NCBI GenBank assembly: GCA_963698715.1
Contig: CAVORW010000004.1
Span: forward strand, 697,550-761,549
From: an uncultured Chloroflexia bacterium
GTDB taxonomy: Bacteria > Chloroflexota > Anaerolineae > Anaerolineales > UBA4823
Reading direction: 5' to 3'
Length of the DNA: 64,000 nt
Notes under the pieces: model-generated
What the model was told of the DNA's origin: nothing
Databases searched by the model: none
The model's input: only the letters and a program-made list of their open reading frames with translations
Position numbers and translations under genes: made by a program
In this document: positions 38,710 to 47,833 of the stretch, in pieces
How the letters are laid out: each line of letters starts with the position of its first letter
How positions within the stretch are numbered: the stretch's first letter is position 1

Positions 38710-40026
38710 ATGATGAGACCTACCCCATCCCCCGGGCCAGATGACGCCCCAATTACGATGCATGCTCAAGAGCCGCTGCACTGGCCTTCGATCCTGCAAT
38801 TTGTTTGCAGTGTATTAGCCTTGTTCGCCCTGTGGGGAGGTGCAGTTGGTTTAGGGCTGATCGGCTTGATCGAAGCCTCTGAAGCCTCCCTTTCTTCCTA
38901 CTTACTGACCGCTGGTCTGATTCTATCCGGTGTCTTGGTGTTACCTTCCCTGGTTTTTTCGGGGCTGCGCCTGGCCGGTCGTCCGATAAAAAGCAGTCTA
39001 CAATTAGGCCTGTTTCGCCCAACATTGTTGATCTTTCTGCTTCCATTGATCTTACTGGTGGGCAACTGGTCAGCCAACCAAAACGGTCTCGGCCGGCTGA
39101 TTCTACCTGTCGCACACGTATTGGCAATCGGGCTGCCGGTCTGGTGGATTGCTTACCTGGCTCTACGCAGACTGCCGATGGGTTCCCTCCAGCGCCGCTG
39201 GGGCGTATTTGTCAGCGGTCTTATCTTGGGACCGGCTTTGATTCTGGTGTTAGAGACCCTGGCTCTAGTTGGCTTCGTGCTGATTGCAGTCCTGATGGTC
39301 AGTACCCAACCAGACCTGCTGAACGAGTGGATGCGTCTCAGCCGTAACTTAAGCGGGTTGCAAACTTCCCCGCAGGACGCGCTGAACATTCTTGGGCCTT
39401 ATATGAACCGGCCCGGCATTATCTTTGCAATCCTGGCTTTTGGAGCCGGGCTCGTGCCCCTGATTGAAGAGACCCTCAAACCGATTGGCGTCTGGCTGCT
39501 GGCTGGTCGCAATCTAACCCCCGCTGCCGGATTTGCCGCCGGCGCGTTGAGCGGAGCTGGCTACGCCCTGTTCGAAAGTCTGGCATTGAGCAGCTCAACC
39601 GACGATTGGCTTTATCTTGTGGTAGCCCGGATTGGAACTGCCGCGGTTCACATCTTAACCTCCGCCCTAACTGGCTGGGCACTGGTTCTGGCCTGGCGGG
39701 AAAAACGTTATCTTCGTCTGGGTGCAGTTTATTTGCTGGCTGTCTTGATACACGCTAGTTGGAACGGCCTAAGCCTGCTCGCATCTCTGGGCGCTTTTGC
39801 GGATGGCGCTGCTGATCAATTCCAGACTCTATTCCTTCAGTGGTTGAATGAAAATATCAGTGTTGGTCTAGGCCTGCTCACGATTGCCAGCTTTGCCGTT
39901 TTGTTATGGGCGAACCATCGTTTAGCTATAACGACCCACCCAGCACCCATTGACCGAACCAGTTTCCCTGATAATGATCCCCAAGCCAGCGATTCTTATC
40001 TGGACAGCCCAAAAACGCCATCTTAA
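38710..40026 (+). CDS. PrsW-like polytopic membrane protease family protein
   Basis: About 8 or more TM segments. IEETLKPIG, GAGYALFESL and AAVHILTSALTGW resemble PrsW motifs. Confidence 0.5.
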   Translation: MMRPTPSPGPDDAPITMHAQEPLHWPSILQFVCSVLALFALWGGAVGLGLIGLIEASEASLSSYLLTAGLILSGVLVLPSLVFSGLRLAGRPIKSSLQLGLFRPTLLIFLLPLILLVGNWSANQNGLGRLILPVAHVLAIGLPVWWIAYLALRRLPMGSLQRRWGVFVSGLILGPALILVLETLALVGFVLIAVLMVSTQPDLLNEWMRLSRNLSGLQTSPQDALNILGPYMNRPGIIFAILAFGAGLVPLIEETLKPIGVWLLAGRNLTPAAGFAAGALSGAGYALFESLALSSSTDDWLYLVVARIGTAAVHILTSALTGWALVLAWREKRYLRLGAVYLLAVLIHASWNGLSLLASLGAFADGAADQFQTLFLQWLNENISVGLGLLTIASFAVLLWANHRLAITTHPAPIDRTSFPDNDPQASDSYLDSPKTPS

Positions 40027-40306
40027 AGTCAACCACCCCGCACACAAGACTGGCTTTGACCCTCCCATATTTATGAGAGCAAGGAATTTAGAAGCGGTAT
40101 GGGCACAGAACAAGCTGTGGGCACAAAAATAAGATATCCCGACAACAACTCATGGCCTTTTGTGCATCCAAATTTGCAAGTTGGGAAGCAGGTAATGCAA
40201 AGCGTGCTATAATGCCGCTTGCTGCGTAAACAGATCAGACAAAAATAGAATGATTAAGCCCTGAGGGCTTTCAGACCCGCTTGCGGCCCCTCAAGATGGA
40301 GAAAAT

Positions 40307-40969
40307 ATGGACTTGCTGGCAACTTTTATCGATTTATTCTTACACCTGGATGAGCACTTAAGCGCGGTAATCCAATCGTACGGCACCTGGACTTACCTGC
40401 TGCTTTTTCTCATCGTCTTTATGGAAACCGGGTTGGTCGTGACACCTTTTTTGCCTGGCGATTCGCTGCTGTTCGCGGCTGGGACCTTCGCATCACCTGC
40501 ATTGGGATCCCCATTGAACATTGTGCTGCTATTTGTGCTGTTGTGTATCGCTGCCATCGTTGGCGACACAGTCAACTATTGGATTGGTCACTATATTGGT
40601 GAGCGAGCTTTTAGCGGGAATATTCGCTTTCTAAAAAAGGAATACCTGGAACTTACGCAGGAATTTTACGAGCGGCATGGCGGTAAAACGATCATCCTGG
40701 CCCGCTACGTTCCTATTGTACGAACGTTTGCGCCCTTTGTGGCTGGGGTTGGCAAGATGAGTTATGGTCATTTCATTGCTTATAACGTGATCGGAGGAAT
40801 CAGTTGGGTTGCGATCTTTACGCTGGGAGGTTATTTCTTTGGCAATTTGCCCTTTGTCAAGGATAATTTTACTGTGGTAGTCTTGGTGATAATATTGATT
40901 TCGGTTCTGCCTGCCATCATTGAAATTGTCAAGGAGAGGTCGCGTAAAGCTGCCAAAGCCCAGGCTTAG
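40307..40969 (+). CDS. dedA: DedA family membrane protein
   Basis: [22 protein letters not shown] and [15 protein letters not shown] motifs. Confidence 0.85.
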   Translation: MDLLATFIDLFLHLDEHLSAVIQSYGTWTYLLLFLIVFMETGLVVTPFLPGDSLLFAAGTFASPALGSPLNIVLLFVLLCIAAIVGDTVNYWIGHYIGERAFSGNIRFLKKEYLELTQEFYERHGGKTIILARYVPIVRTFAPFVAGVGKMSYGHFIAYNVIGGISWVAIFTLGGYFFGNLPFVKDNFTVVVLVIILISVLPAIIEIVKERSRKAAKAQA

Positions 40970-41003
40970 CAATCTGCTTACATATTTTTGCCCAGGTGAC
41001 AAT

Positions 41004-41050
41004 AAACCATGCACCCCGACTTCTGCTTCGGGGTGCATGGTTTATTTTTT
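41004..41050 (+). terminator. Rho-independent terminator after dedA
   Basis: AAACCATGCACCCCG, 10-nt loop, CGGGGTGCATGGTTT, then ATTTTTT. Confidence 0.8.
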
Positions 41051-41137
41051 ATTGAAAATAAGTGGTATGTTGCGCGTGCAAACCGCACGCATCACATACC
41101 CAACCATTTTTCGGATATTTTATGATCCCTATAAGGG

Positions 41138-41347
41138 TTATTTAGGCACTACCATAGCGGCTTGTAATCCTTTGGGGCTTTCTTCAATCGAAAATTCAAC
41201 CTGCTGTCCTTTTTCCAACCGGCGATAGCCATCACTCTGGATCGAAGAAAAATGGACGAAAACGTCTTCTCCATCCTCACGGCCCAGGAAGCCATAACCT
41301 TTGATATTATTAAACCACTTAACAGTTCCAATGATACGCTCGGTCAT
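41138..41347 (-). CDS. Cold-shock protein (CspA family)
   Basis: [15 protein letters not shown]...[12 protein letters not shown] motifs; 69 aa. Confidence 0.95.
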   Translation of the reverse strand: MTERIIGTVKWFNNIKGYGFLGREDGEDVFVHFSSIQSDGYRRLEKGQQVEFSIEESPKGLQAAMVVPK

Positions 41348-41402
41348 ACAATATTTCTCCGTCTTATAAATAATTTAAAAGCTACACAGTTCCAGGGAAA
41401 TT

Positions 41403-41447
41403 TGGTGAGTTTGGGCGGGCGCTGCCCGCCCAAACTCACCAAATCCT
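41403..41447. repeat. REP-like palindrome: perfect 21-bp stem, 3-nt loop, inside the csp 5'UTR
   Basis: ATTTGGTGAGTTTGGGCGGGC GCT GCCCGCCCAAACTCACCAAAT. Confidence 0.85.
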
Positions 41448-41498
41448 ACTCTAACTGCGGATGTCCCCGAGGTACTGAGGTGCTTAACTAAAAATCAA

Positions 41499-41527
41499 AC
41501 TTATCACGCATCGTTATGCCTGTCAAG
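41499..41527 (-). promoter_or_regulatory. Putative csp promoter (5'UTR of about 145 nt)
   Basis: Minus strand TTGACA (41527..41522), 17 nt, TAAGTT (41504..41499). Confidence 0.55.
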
Positions 41528-41764
41528 TGATCGAAAAACGCCCTGCGAGCGCACGATGCACCTGTTTGGGATTTTTTTATATGAAATTTATGCTGGCAGC
41601 CGAAAAAATTATGATTTCATTGAAGCGTGGGGGGCAAATCAGAATCATGTTTCATTCGGCAGCCGACGTCCGAATGAAACCTTCCTGCCCGGACTGAGAG
41701 TCCCGAGTAGTCCAATCATAAATTCTGTGTATTTGGATTAGTGGTACTCGCTCTAGAATTAAAT

Positions 41765-41811
41765 GGTTGTGTCGGATATTCGGCGATTTTCCCCAAATAT
41801 CCGACACAACC
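41765..41811 (-). terminator. Long hairpin downstream of etfA (possible terminator)
   Basis: GGTTGTGTCGGATATT, 15-nt loop, AATATCCGACACAACC. The minus strand is followed by ATTTAATT. Confidence 0.45.
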
Positions 41812-41824
41812 AAGCCTTCTAAAC

Positions 41825-42868
41825 TTATTTGCCCAGCCGCAGGCGCAGGGTTTCCGTCAGGTGGGGCAGGATTTCATGCAGATCTCCCACCACACCAAAC
41901 CGGGCCAGTTTAAAGATCGGAGCGTCTGGATCTTTATTGACAGCCACAATGGTTTTACTGGAACGCATTCCTGCCAGGTGTTGAATTGCGCCGGATATAC
42001 CAGCAGCAATATACAAATCGGGTGAAACAACTTTCCCCGTTTGGCCGACCTGGTGCGCATAAGGAATATAGCCGGCGTCCACTGCGGCTCGACTGGCGCC
42101 AACCGCCCCACCTAAGACTTGTGCCAGGCCGCTGACCAGTTGAAAACCCTGCCGGGCTTTCCAGATCTCAGCTTCTTTTTCGTCCATCCCGGCAGGCGGG
42201 GTAAGGGAAGGATTATTGGCTACTCCGCGCCCACCCGACACGATCACCGCAGCTTCAGTCAGGCTAACGCCGCCATCAGCCGGCACATAGCCTTCAACCT
42301 GGCTTTTTACGAGGCCGTCTATGCCGGAGGTATCCATTCGGATTGGGGTGCCGCTGCGAGCAACATCTTTTTCAGGAGCCGCAAATGCTCTCACTCGCAG
42401 GGTGATGATCTGCGGGCGCGTTTCGCAGCGTGCTTTAGAAAGTAGTTTGCCGGCATACACCGGGCGAGTAACTACGACTGTATCGCCATCCATCTCCAGA
42501 GCAATGGCTTCCGGCATGACGCCTGTTGACAAGTCAATCGCCGCCATCGCCGCCAGTTCTCGGCCGCGGCTGGTGGTCGGAAATAGCAGGACTTGCGGCT
42601 GGCTTTCCTTGGCCTGCCTGGACAACACGGATGAAAAGGGTTCCGGGCGATAATCCGCCAGACCGGGATCATCACCCACCAGGACTTCATCAGCCCCGGC
42701 CTGATAAGCTTCCTGGACCAGCTGTTCGAGACCCTGTCCGAGGATTACTGCCGTCACGCCTTCTCCCAGGGAGGTGAACAATTCTTTGGCCGCTCCAATT
42801 CCTTCCCAGGAAACTGGTAGGGCTTTGCCTTCAAAATGATCGATGTAAACCCATATTTTGTTGCTCAT
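41825..42868 (-). CDS. etfA: Electron transfer flavoprotein alpha subunit
   Basis: C-terminal FAD-binding region PDLYIAAGISGAIQHLAGM. The ATG at 42868 overlaps the etfB stop (ATGA); a GTG at 42871 is also possible. Confidence 0.9.
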   Translation of the reverse strand: MSNKIWVYIDHFEGKALPVSWEGIGAAKELFTSLGEGVTAVILGQGLEQLVQEAYQAGADEVLVGDDPGLADYRPEPFSSVLSRQAKESQPQVLLFPTTSRGRELAAMAAIDLSTGVMPEAIALEMDGDTVVVTRPVYAGKLLSKARCETRPQIITLRVRAFAAPEKDVARSGTPIRMDTSGIDGLVKSQVEGYVPADGGVSLTEAAVIVSGGRGVANNPSLTPPAGMDEKEAEIWKARQGFQLVSGLAQVLGGAVGASRAAVDAGYIPYAHQVGQTGKVVSPDLYIAAGISGAIQHLAGMRSSKTIVAVNKDPDAPIFKLARFGVVGDLHEILPHLTETLRLRLGK

Positions 42869-43641
42869 CACAGCACCTTCTCCGCCAACAGCTTATCAAC
42901 AAGTTTTTCAGCTTTTTCTTTGGGAGAATCCCCAGTGATGATCTCCGTGGCGACCTCCTGGGTAGGTGGGTTCATCACTTCAGGCCAGCGAACCACAGAT
43001 GCCGGAGCAGAGATGCCCACATCTGCTAACGACCATACCGGAATATTGGCCCTGGAAGCTTTACGAATCCCCATAAAGGATGGGTAGCGCGGCTCACCGA
43101 TATCTTTGATCACGCTGACTACTGCTGGTAAGCCGGCATTGACAACCTGTCGGCCCTCTTCAATCGATCGTTCTACTTCAATTCTGCCCGCCTCCACTTT
43201 GCGGATGGTCGACACGAGGGTAAGGGAAGGCCAGCCCAGGGAGCGCGCAGTTTGGATATGCGTCATGCCAATATCGCCATCGATTGCTTGCTTGCCAAAG
43301 AATGCCAGGTCCACCCCGTCGACCTTCTCAATAGCCGCAGCCAAAACCTTCGCAACTGCCTGGCTGTCAGATCCCGCCAGAGCCGGGTCAGAGATCAGGA
43401 TGGCTTCGCTGCAGCCCATCGCAAGTGCATGTTTTAGGGCATCTTTGGCGTTCTCATTCCCAACACTGATGACGGTTACATCGCCGCCCAGGGCTTCTTT
43501 CTGAGTCAGAGCGGCCTCGACTGCATACTCATCCCAGGGATTAATGACCAGAGGTGCTTCCCCCCAGGTCACCTCACCCGATTCAACAGCCACTTTGGCG
43601 GCCGAATCGGGTACTTGTTTGACACAGACTACGATTTTCAA
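42868..43641 (-). CDS. etfB: Electron transfer flavoprotein beta subunit
   Basis: MKIVVCVKQVPD.... TTG start 6 nt after GGAGG. Confidence 0.9.
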   Translation of the reverse strand: MKIVVCVKQVPDSAAKVAVESGEVTWGEAPLVINPWDEYAVEAALTQKEALGGDVTVISVGNENAKDALKHALAMGCSEAILISDPALAGSDSQAVAKVLAAAIEKVDGVDLAFFGKQAIDGDIGMTHIQTARSLGWPSLTLVSTIRKVEAGRIEVERSIEEGRQVVNAGLPAVVSVIKDIGEPRYPSFMGIRKASRANIPVWSLADVGISAPASVVRWPEVMNPPTQEVATEIITGDSPKEKAEKLVDKLLAEKVL

Positions 43642-43748
43642 GGCGTCCTCCTTTAGAAATTGATTATCGTGAAATGGGAAACGGTATCACATACCTTCGA
43701 AAGACATGTTACCTGCCCGGCTTATCATGCTCCCCACATCGTAAGAAC

Positions 43749-44969
43749 TCACAGGGCTGCTTCGCTTTGCCAGAACTCTTCATCGTAGGCTGGCAGTTCA
43801 CGGCGCAGCTCAGGATCCTCGCGATACCCCAAAGCATATCCAGCCTGGATTAACTGGTGGATTTCGCTGGTGCCCTCATAAATGATAGCTCCTTTGGCAT
43901 TCCGCAAATAGCGTTCTACATCATATTCATCGCTATAGCCATAAGCCCCATGCACCTGAATCGCTTCAGAAGCTGCCTGAAAAGATGCGTCCGTTGCGAA
44001 CCATTTTGCCAGCGAAGTTTCACGAGAATTGCGCAAGCCTTTGTTTTTCATCCACCCGGCACGCAGATAAAGTAGACGCGCTGCGTCATAGAATTGTACC
44101 ATATGGGCAATTTTCTGCTGTACGAGCTGGTGCCTGCCGATCTCACGCCCAAAGGTTTTTCGATCGTTTGCATAGCGAACACTAGCCTCCAGGCTGGCCC
44201 GGATTAATCCGGCAGCCCCTGCAGCTACGGTGTAACGACCATTATCCAGGCAGCTCATGGCTATTTTAAATCCCTCCCCTTCCAGGCCAATTCGCTGATC
44301 CCCAGGCACGCGCACATCTTGAAATGAGATCCAGCCGGTTGAGCCCGCTCGTACCCCAAGCTTGCCATGGATGTCACCTGCCTTTACTCCCGGCTGATGC
44401 AGTTCCACCAGGAATGCCGATAGCCCGTCGTGCGGATCAGGTGTTTCGGGGTTAGTACGCGCGACCCACAGCACATGATCAGCCTTCGTCGCCAGGGATA
44501 TCCACATCTTCTCGCCGTTCAGCACATAGTCATCACCTTCTCTACGAGCTGTACTGCTGATTGCGGCTACGTCGGACCCAGCCCCCGATTCGGTCAGGCC
44601 AAAACAGGCAATCTTCTCGCCCCGCGCCTGGGGTATCAAAAATCGCTGCATCTGGTCTTCATTCGCCCATTGCAGCAGGCCCAGACTGTTCAATCCAACA
44701 TGGACAGACATCACCACACGCAGCGTGGTGTCGACAGCTTCCAACTCTTCGCATGCCAGCCCCAGGGAGATATAGTCCATGCCCTGCCCACCATAGCGAA
44801 CCGGTAGGCAGATGCCCAAAATACCGAGTTCTGCCATGCGAGCCAAGACGAATGGGGCCATTTCCTGCGCTCGGTCGTTTTCCTTAATCACTGGTGCTAC
44901 TTCACGTTGTGCAAACTCACGCACCATCTGCTGCACCATCCGTTGTTCCTCTGTAAGAGCAAAGTTCAT
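43749..44969 (-). CDS. Acyl-CoA dehydrogenase
   Basis: MNFALTEEQRMVQQMVREFAQREV..., GLTESGAGSD, YEGTSEIHQLIQA. ATG after GGGAGGA. Confidence 0.9.
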   Translation of the reverse strand: MNFALTEEQRMVQQMVREFAQREVAPVIKENDRAQEMAPFVLARMAELGILGICLPVRYGGQGMDYISLGLACEELEAVDTTLRVVMSVHVGLNSLGLLQWANEDQMQRFLIPQARGEKIACFGLTESGAGSDVAAISSTARREGDDYVLNGEKMWISLATKADHVLWVARTNPETPDPHDGLSAFLVELHQPGVKAGDIHGKLGVRAGSTGWISFQDVRVPGDQRIGLEGEGFKIAMSCLDNGRYTVAAGAAGLIRASLEASVRYANDRKTFGREIGRHQLVQQKIAHMVQFYDAARLLYLRAGWMKNKGLRNSRETSLAKWFATDASFQAASEAIQVHGAYGYSDEYDVERYLRNAKGAIIYEGTSEIHQLIQAGYALGYREDPELRRELPAYDEEFWQSEAAL

Positions 44970-45213
44970 ATCTGTTCCTCCCATCCAGCGGTGATGTTTT
45001 TGCAATCCTGCCTCCCAATTATAGCCGGGCTTTTTGGAGGATAAATTGGGTTCTTTGAGAGTCATTGGGAAATACTGTTCTGAGGGTACCACTCCAGAGA
45101 TTCCCGGAGAACCTTCTTTGAGTGTCTCTATGGTTGGGAGGAACTGTGGTGGTTTTCAGTTTTTTCACAACCAGATTATAGAGAACTGAACTGCCTCGGA
45201 TATAATCATCGGC

Positions 45214-46668
45214 ATGAACTACTCGCCCGGTAAACATCTACCAGGCTTGATCCTGGTTTTGGTACTGATCTCCATACTAGGACTATCGGCGCTTCCTCAC
45301 GATGCAAGCCGCGAGCTCGAACAGGCTCAACGCGCTCTGGATGCAGGCGCACACCTTGCTGCCTCCGAGCACTTGGCTCGGGCTGCTGAAAAGCTGCCTG
45401 AACGATCGGATCTATGGAGTCTTGCAGGCCAATATGCCCTGCAGGGTGGCCAACCAGATCGCGCGATCGCGTATCTGCTCCGCATTCCACCAGCCAGTCA
45501 AACGGCAGAAGATCTATTGAGCCTGGGAGATGCATACGCCCAGACAACCGACACAGAGCCAGCGATCGCCAGCTGGCGGGCTTCTCTCCAGGTCGGTGGA
45601 CCGGCGGTGCCGCTCCATCAGCGCCTGACAGAGGCCCACTTGACCCTGAAGGAATATCCGGCTGCAATATCTAATTTACACAACCTGATCAGCCTTCTCC
45701 CTGGGGATGCAGCCATCCATTACCGACTGGGATTGATCACGGCTACACAGGATCCCGAAAGCGCGCTCGCCCACCTGGCCAGGGCAGTGGAACTTGACGA
45801 AACCTTTGGCAGCCGTGCTCGAATCCTACAGCGAGGCATCACCTCAGCCAGGTTGGCCGAATCACGCGCTTACAGTTTGATGGCCGCCGGACGCGCCCTG
45901 GCTTCTTTGGATGAATGGAAATTTGCAGAGGAGGCGTTTCGCCAGGCCACCCTGGATAGCCCAAATTATGCAGAAGCCTGGGCGTACTTAGGAGAGGCTC
46001 GCCAGCATTCCGTAGATGGGTTGGGGTCTGCAGGCAACGAAGTTCTGCCGCCCGAAACCGGGCTGCTGGAATTAAAAAGGGCTATCGAACTCGATCCAAC
46101 TTCTATTGCAGCTTATCTATTCATGGGGATGTATTGGCGTCGCCAGGACAGGTACGATCAGGCCCTTGCCAGCCTGCAGACGGCCGTCGAAATCGAACCT
46201 GAGAATCCTATCTTACAGGTGGAGCTTGGAGAGGTTCTGGCTACTCTAGGCGATTTGAATGCCGCACTGAACGCCTACCGGAAAGCCAGTCAGCTTGCCC
46301 CAAATGATCCATCCTATCTTAACTTTCTGGTGGCATTCTCATTAAAGTATGAATACTATATCGAAGAAATTGCTCTGCCTGCAGCTCGTCAGGCAGTCAT
46401 ATTAGCTCCCGACGATCCAGAAGCGCTCGATAGCATGGGGCAGGTATTGATCAAGCTGGATGATCAGATCAACGCCGAACGATTTATCACCAGGGCACTG
46501 GAAAATGATCCCTTTTTCGCTCCAGCCCATTTGCATTTGGGTCAGGTTTACCTGCTCCAAGGTAGAATGGCCCTGGCCCACGAGCAATTAAACCAAGTCA
46601 AAGAACTGGCCCCGGATAGTCCGACAGCCGAACAAGCCCAACGATTGATCAATAAATACTTTCCATAA
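45214..46668 (+). CDS. TPR-repeat protein with N-terminal TM anchor
   Basis: Multiple 34-aa TPR units (AEAWAYLGEA, AAYLFMGMYW, APAHLHLGQVYLLQG). Confidence 0.8.
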   Translation: MNYSPGKHLPGLILVLVLISILGLSALPHDASRELEQAQRALDAGAHLAASEHLARAAEKLPERSDLWSLAGQYALQGGQPDRAIAYLLRIPPASQTAEDLLSLGDAYAQTTDTEPAIASWRASLQVGGPAVPLHQRLTEAHLTLKEYPAAISNLHNLISLLPGDAAIHYRLGLITATQDPESALAHLARAVELDETFGSRARILQRGITSARLAESRAYSLMAAGRALASLDEWKFAEEAFRQATLDSPNYAEAWAYLGEARQHSVDGLGSAGNEVLPPETGLLELKRAIELDPTSIAAYLFMGMYWRRQDRYDQALASLQTAVEIEPENPILQVELGEVLATLGDLNAALNAYRKASQLAPNDPSYLNFLVAFSLKYEYYIEEIALPAARQAVILAPDDPEALDSMGQVLIKLDDQINAERFITRALENDPFFAPAHLHLGQVYLLQGRMALAHEQLNQVKELAPDSPTAEQAQRLINKYFP

Positions 46669-46835
46669 GTAAGGAAATAATCCAACCTGATAGCTAACCT
46701 CCAAAGATAATTTCCAAATGATGTGGGCATAACTATCTACAAAACATACGTGCTCCCACTCAAGATACGTAACTTTCTATGCTAATCCTATGTTAAAATA
46801 GCTGTCTATTGCTGTCCTATTTGGCAAATTCAAGC

Positions 46836-46873
46836 CTTAGTGGTGTTTTCAGCAAGCCACTTAAGAAAATGAG
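46836..46873 (+). repeat. Bipartite intergenic cassette, copy D (5' half only; 3' half degenerate)
   Basis: CTTAGTGGTGTTTTCAGCAAGCCACTTAAGAAAATGAG aligns along the 5' half of copies A-C. Confidence 0.55.
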
Positions 46874-47053
46874 ATATTTTGGTGTGTGAAGTTTGTCCTT
46901 TTCCACTCCTGGCGTTATATTTCAGATCAACTATCGCCATATCAGGGGGTGAAACTGTGCAAAATACGGAAAAGGTCTAACTCAAAATAATCCATCCCCT
47001 TTTCAAAGGACAGCAAATTGGAAATAAAACCACATACATATACTGGAGTAATT

Positions 47054-47710
47054 ATGAAATCCGATCACAGATTTTTTATCATATTAGCAATCCTAATCCT
47101 GGCGTCCTTGGCTTGTCAGACAGCAACTGGAGGAGGTGAAACTCCCCCTGAACAGCCCAGCAATTTACTGTTTCAAGATGATTTTTCTGATACATCTAGC
47201 GGTTGGGATCGGGTGACGACAGACACCGGCGTAACAGATTACGTTGATGGCTTGTACCGCATTTACGTGAATGAAGCCGGAACAGATATCTGGGCTAACC
47301 CAGGCCTGGAATTTACGGATGTGAGCGTGCAGGTTGAGGCGATCAAAGTTGGCGGGCCAGACGACAATGACTTTGGTGTCATTTGCCGCTCGGTGGACAT
47401 CTCAAATTTTTACTTCTTCGTAATCAGCAGTGATGGCTATTATGGGATCGGCAAAGTCTCCGATGCGGGTCAAGAACTGATCGGCACGGATGCCATGCAA
47501 CCCAGTGAAGCCATCCAGCAAGGGGAAACCACGAACACAATCCGGGCCGAGTGTGTTGGCAGTTCGCTAAGCCTGTATGTTAATGGCGAAATGCTTGCTG
47601 AAGTTCAAGACTCGGAATTCAGCAGCGGCGATGTTGGCCTGATTGCAGGATCCTTCGATATCCAAGGTACAGACATCCATTTCGATAATTTTAGCGTGAC
47701 CCAACCATAG
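47054..47710 (+). CDS. Secreted lipoprotein with a ConA/LamG-like jelly-roll domain (hypothetical)
   Basis: MKSDHRFFIILAILILASLACQT lipobox after GGAG. The beta-rich body ends ...IHFDNFSVTQP. Confidence 0.65.
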   Translation: MKSDHRFFIILAILILASLACQTATGGGETPPEQPSNLLFQDDFSDTSSGWDRVTTDTGVTDYVDGLYRIYVNEAGTDIWANPGLEFTDVSVQVEAIKVGGPDDNDFGVICRSVDISNFYFFVISSDGYYGIGKVSDAGQELIGTDAMQPSEAIQQGETTNTIRAECVGSSLSLYVNGEMLAEVQDSEFSSGDVGLIAGSFDIQGTDIHFDNFSVTQP

Positions 47711-47833
47711 AGATTTATGAAAAGATACGGTTTTGCAAGTGCACCTCACAAAACCGTATCACAATCCCGCGCCGCTGCCTCTCACAGATATCCATTTTTG
47801 GGCTCTCCCAGTGGTTCGGGATAAGATAATGTA

